From Macrostomum lignano (lineage: Eukaryota), in assembly GCA_002269645.1 (NCBI GenBank), contig NIVC01000406.1, forward strand, positions 30,052 to 94,051: DNA of 64,000 bases, read 5' to 3'. Position numbers and translations under genes: made by a program. Position 1 is the first letter of the stretch. Each line of letters begins with the position of its first letter. The notes beneath the pieces were generated by a model. The model was not told the origin of the DNA. It saw only the letters and a program-made list of their open reading frames with translations, and did not search any database. Positions 62,058 to 64,000 of the stretch are shown here, piece by piece.

Positions 62058-64000
62058 TTTATAAGTCGCTTACGGTATACGGATTGCTGAATCTAAGAAG
62101 ACTACCAAAATATGGAAGAATATATATATATAGAAATCTAGGCCAGTCACATAAATAGGCAGCTATGGCGTGTATGCTGTACATTTCCTCTTTTATAAGG
62201 ATTAGTTATGGTGAAGTTCGTTAACTTATAGTTAAAATACATCGGTTTATTTTGTTTTAATCTATCCGTGCACGTCTTTGCACTGCGCCAGTGCACGCAG
62301 GAGGTTCAGTAATTAGCAAAATCTGCACTATCATATTTTATCATCTCTGACTGGCTATGCTTCAGTTTTTATGTTTACACAAAATTTGTTAAATAACTTT
62401 GGAGAATTTAAATTTCTAGGAAAAAAGCTTTCAACGAGAATAAGAATCGTGTTTTATTTTTGCGGCCATTGGAAGTAGTATCGCATGCAAATTGGAGAAA
62501 ACTGGAACAATTTTTGTTTACATTGTTTTTATAAACTTCTTGAATACTTAAAAAAGTATGTATTGATTCTGCCACAGACTCAATATAGAATATCATATTG
62601 TCTATATATGCTTGACATAATAGAGGTCGATATGAATCTACTCGTAGAAATTGGAATTGATGTGAAAGAAATTACTAGCAACTAAATGTATAAAAAAGAG
62701 TTTTATAAGATCTAGGTATAATAACAGTAATCACTAAAAGTAGATTAATGAGCTGAGTCTATGGTAGCAAGGCTGGTAAACATCTTTTATTTAAATCGAA
62801 CTATTAATTATTGCTAACAAAAAAAGACTTACGCTCACAGACGGTTAGACCATAAACTTGTACAGAAAAAACTTAAAATAAACTAGAAAAAATTAGACTC
62901 AAGAGGTTACAAACAATTTTAAATTACGCCAACGAACACTGACTAAATTAGTTTGTTTTTAGCTAGAGAAGCCAGTGCAGGACTGCGGGCCAGGAGAGGG
63001 GAGAGGGGTAGGAAAGAGAGAAGGGAGACAGTAGACAGGAGAGGCGAGGGAATAAAGGAGAAGAGATGAGACATAACACGAGAGAAGGGATTTAATTGAA
63101 GAGGAGAGAGAAGAGAAGGGAGAGAAGTTAAGGGAGGAGATTAGAGAGAAAACATATGAGAAGATACAAAATTTAAGCGGGTCGGATTGCTATTGTGAAG
63201 TTTCAAAAGCAAAGCATGTGCGCGCGACAAAAAAAAAAATCATGATGCTACGGTAATATTAATAGAAATAATAATGCAATAATATAGTACCAGCTATTGA
63301 TAATATTAATTATCTATAATAACACTATTCTTATAATAAGACTAGCCCATACACTAGCTACTAGTTAATACGTGAGTAATTATTATAAAATTAAATTAAG
63401 GTGAATTGCTTCCATGGCTCAAAAAACTGCACCGATTAGCTACATCATGCGAACAGTAAAAAAGTCTGTCAAAAAATGCTTCGTTATTCCTCGAAAAAAT
63501 TAAAAGCTGGAAAAGTGCAGTGAAACGGATAATATATCCCGTATAAGAGTAAATGCCGGATTGATTGAAGCAATTAGCGCAATAAAAATAACGATATACA
63601 ATAATAATGATATTATTGACTTCACAGCACTGCGACTATCAGTGGAAATGCTGGTCACTGTTGATGTACTGTATTACTTTTATTATCTAATTTCTCGTCG
63701 ATGTTGTCTTCTTTTGGCGGAACTACTGTCGGTGTGTCATGGAACCAGTAGGAACCGACGAATCGGAACTTCACAAAGCAGCGAATCAGCCTTACGAGCA
63801 GTTCGAACAAGGATGAGCACAGATTTGCCGGCTTCGTTTGTGGTCGTTAAACTTAGCTGGCACTTCTGACCTGCAGCCCTGCAGAACCCGTCGGCTGGAG
63901 GCGTCTGCAATGGTAATCATTAGCTGCTCAATCAAGCTATTCTCGGCACTAAAGTACTTTTAGCTACCAACTACTCTTAGCTACTCAAACTACTCTTAGC

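Noticed and set aside
63561-63910. GC-richer segment near the window end, possibly an exon
   Set aside because: No recognisable domain and no frame or splice model could be supported within the window.

Overview
Eukaryotic (animal) genomic DNA with GT-AG spliced genes. The style (GC/Ala-rich exons, minisatellite-filled introns) suggests a flatworm such as Macrostomum, but that is inference only. I assembled seven host genes by hand: (1) a secreted PAN/apple + LamG-like protein with one frameshift (1474-2434 +); (2) SERP1/RAMP4 (9949-10146 +); (3) MOCS3/UBA4, 7 exons (13359-19758 +); (4) an Aurora kinase, 3 exons (21326-24997 +); (5) an LRR-Ig-FN3-TM (LRRN-like) receptor, 4 exons (27663-38590 -); (6) an ICE2/NARG2-like gene, 6 exons, with an RGG tail (40714-49563 -); (7) a 12-exon receptor I do not recognise, with a discoidin-like N-terminus, about four atypical Ig-like domains, a TM helix and a Tyr-motif tail (54737-62057 -). 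Mobile DNA: a full-length APE-RT-RNase H LINE with a 15-bp TSD and a TAATG ORF1/ORF2 overlap; two 1.8-2.0 kb TG...CA solo-LTR-like elements with 4-bp TSDs; a Gypsy integrase remnant; a minimal hammerhead ribozyme motif; hAT-type MITEs (one only 30 bp); three copies of a tRNA-derived SINE; and AT-rich foldback repeats. Most long ORFs in the supplied track are artefacts of tandem repeats. All gene models and family assignments come from manual translation and motif recognition, with no database searches.
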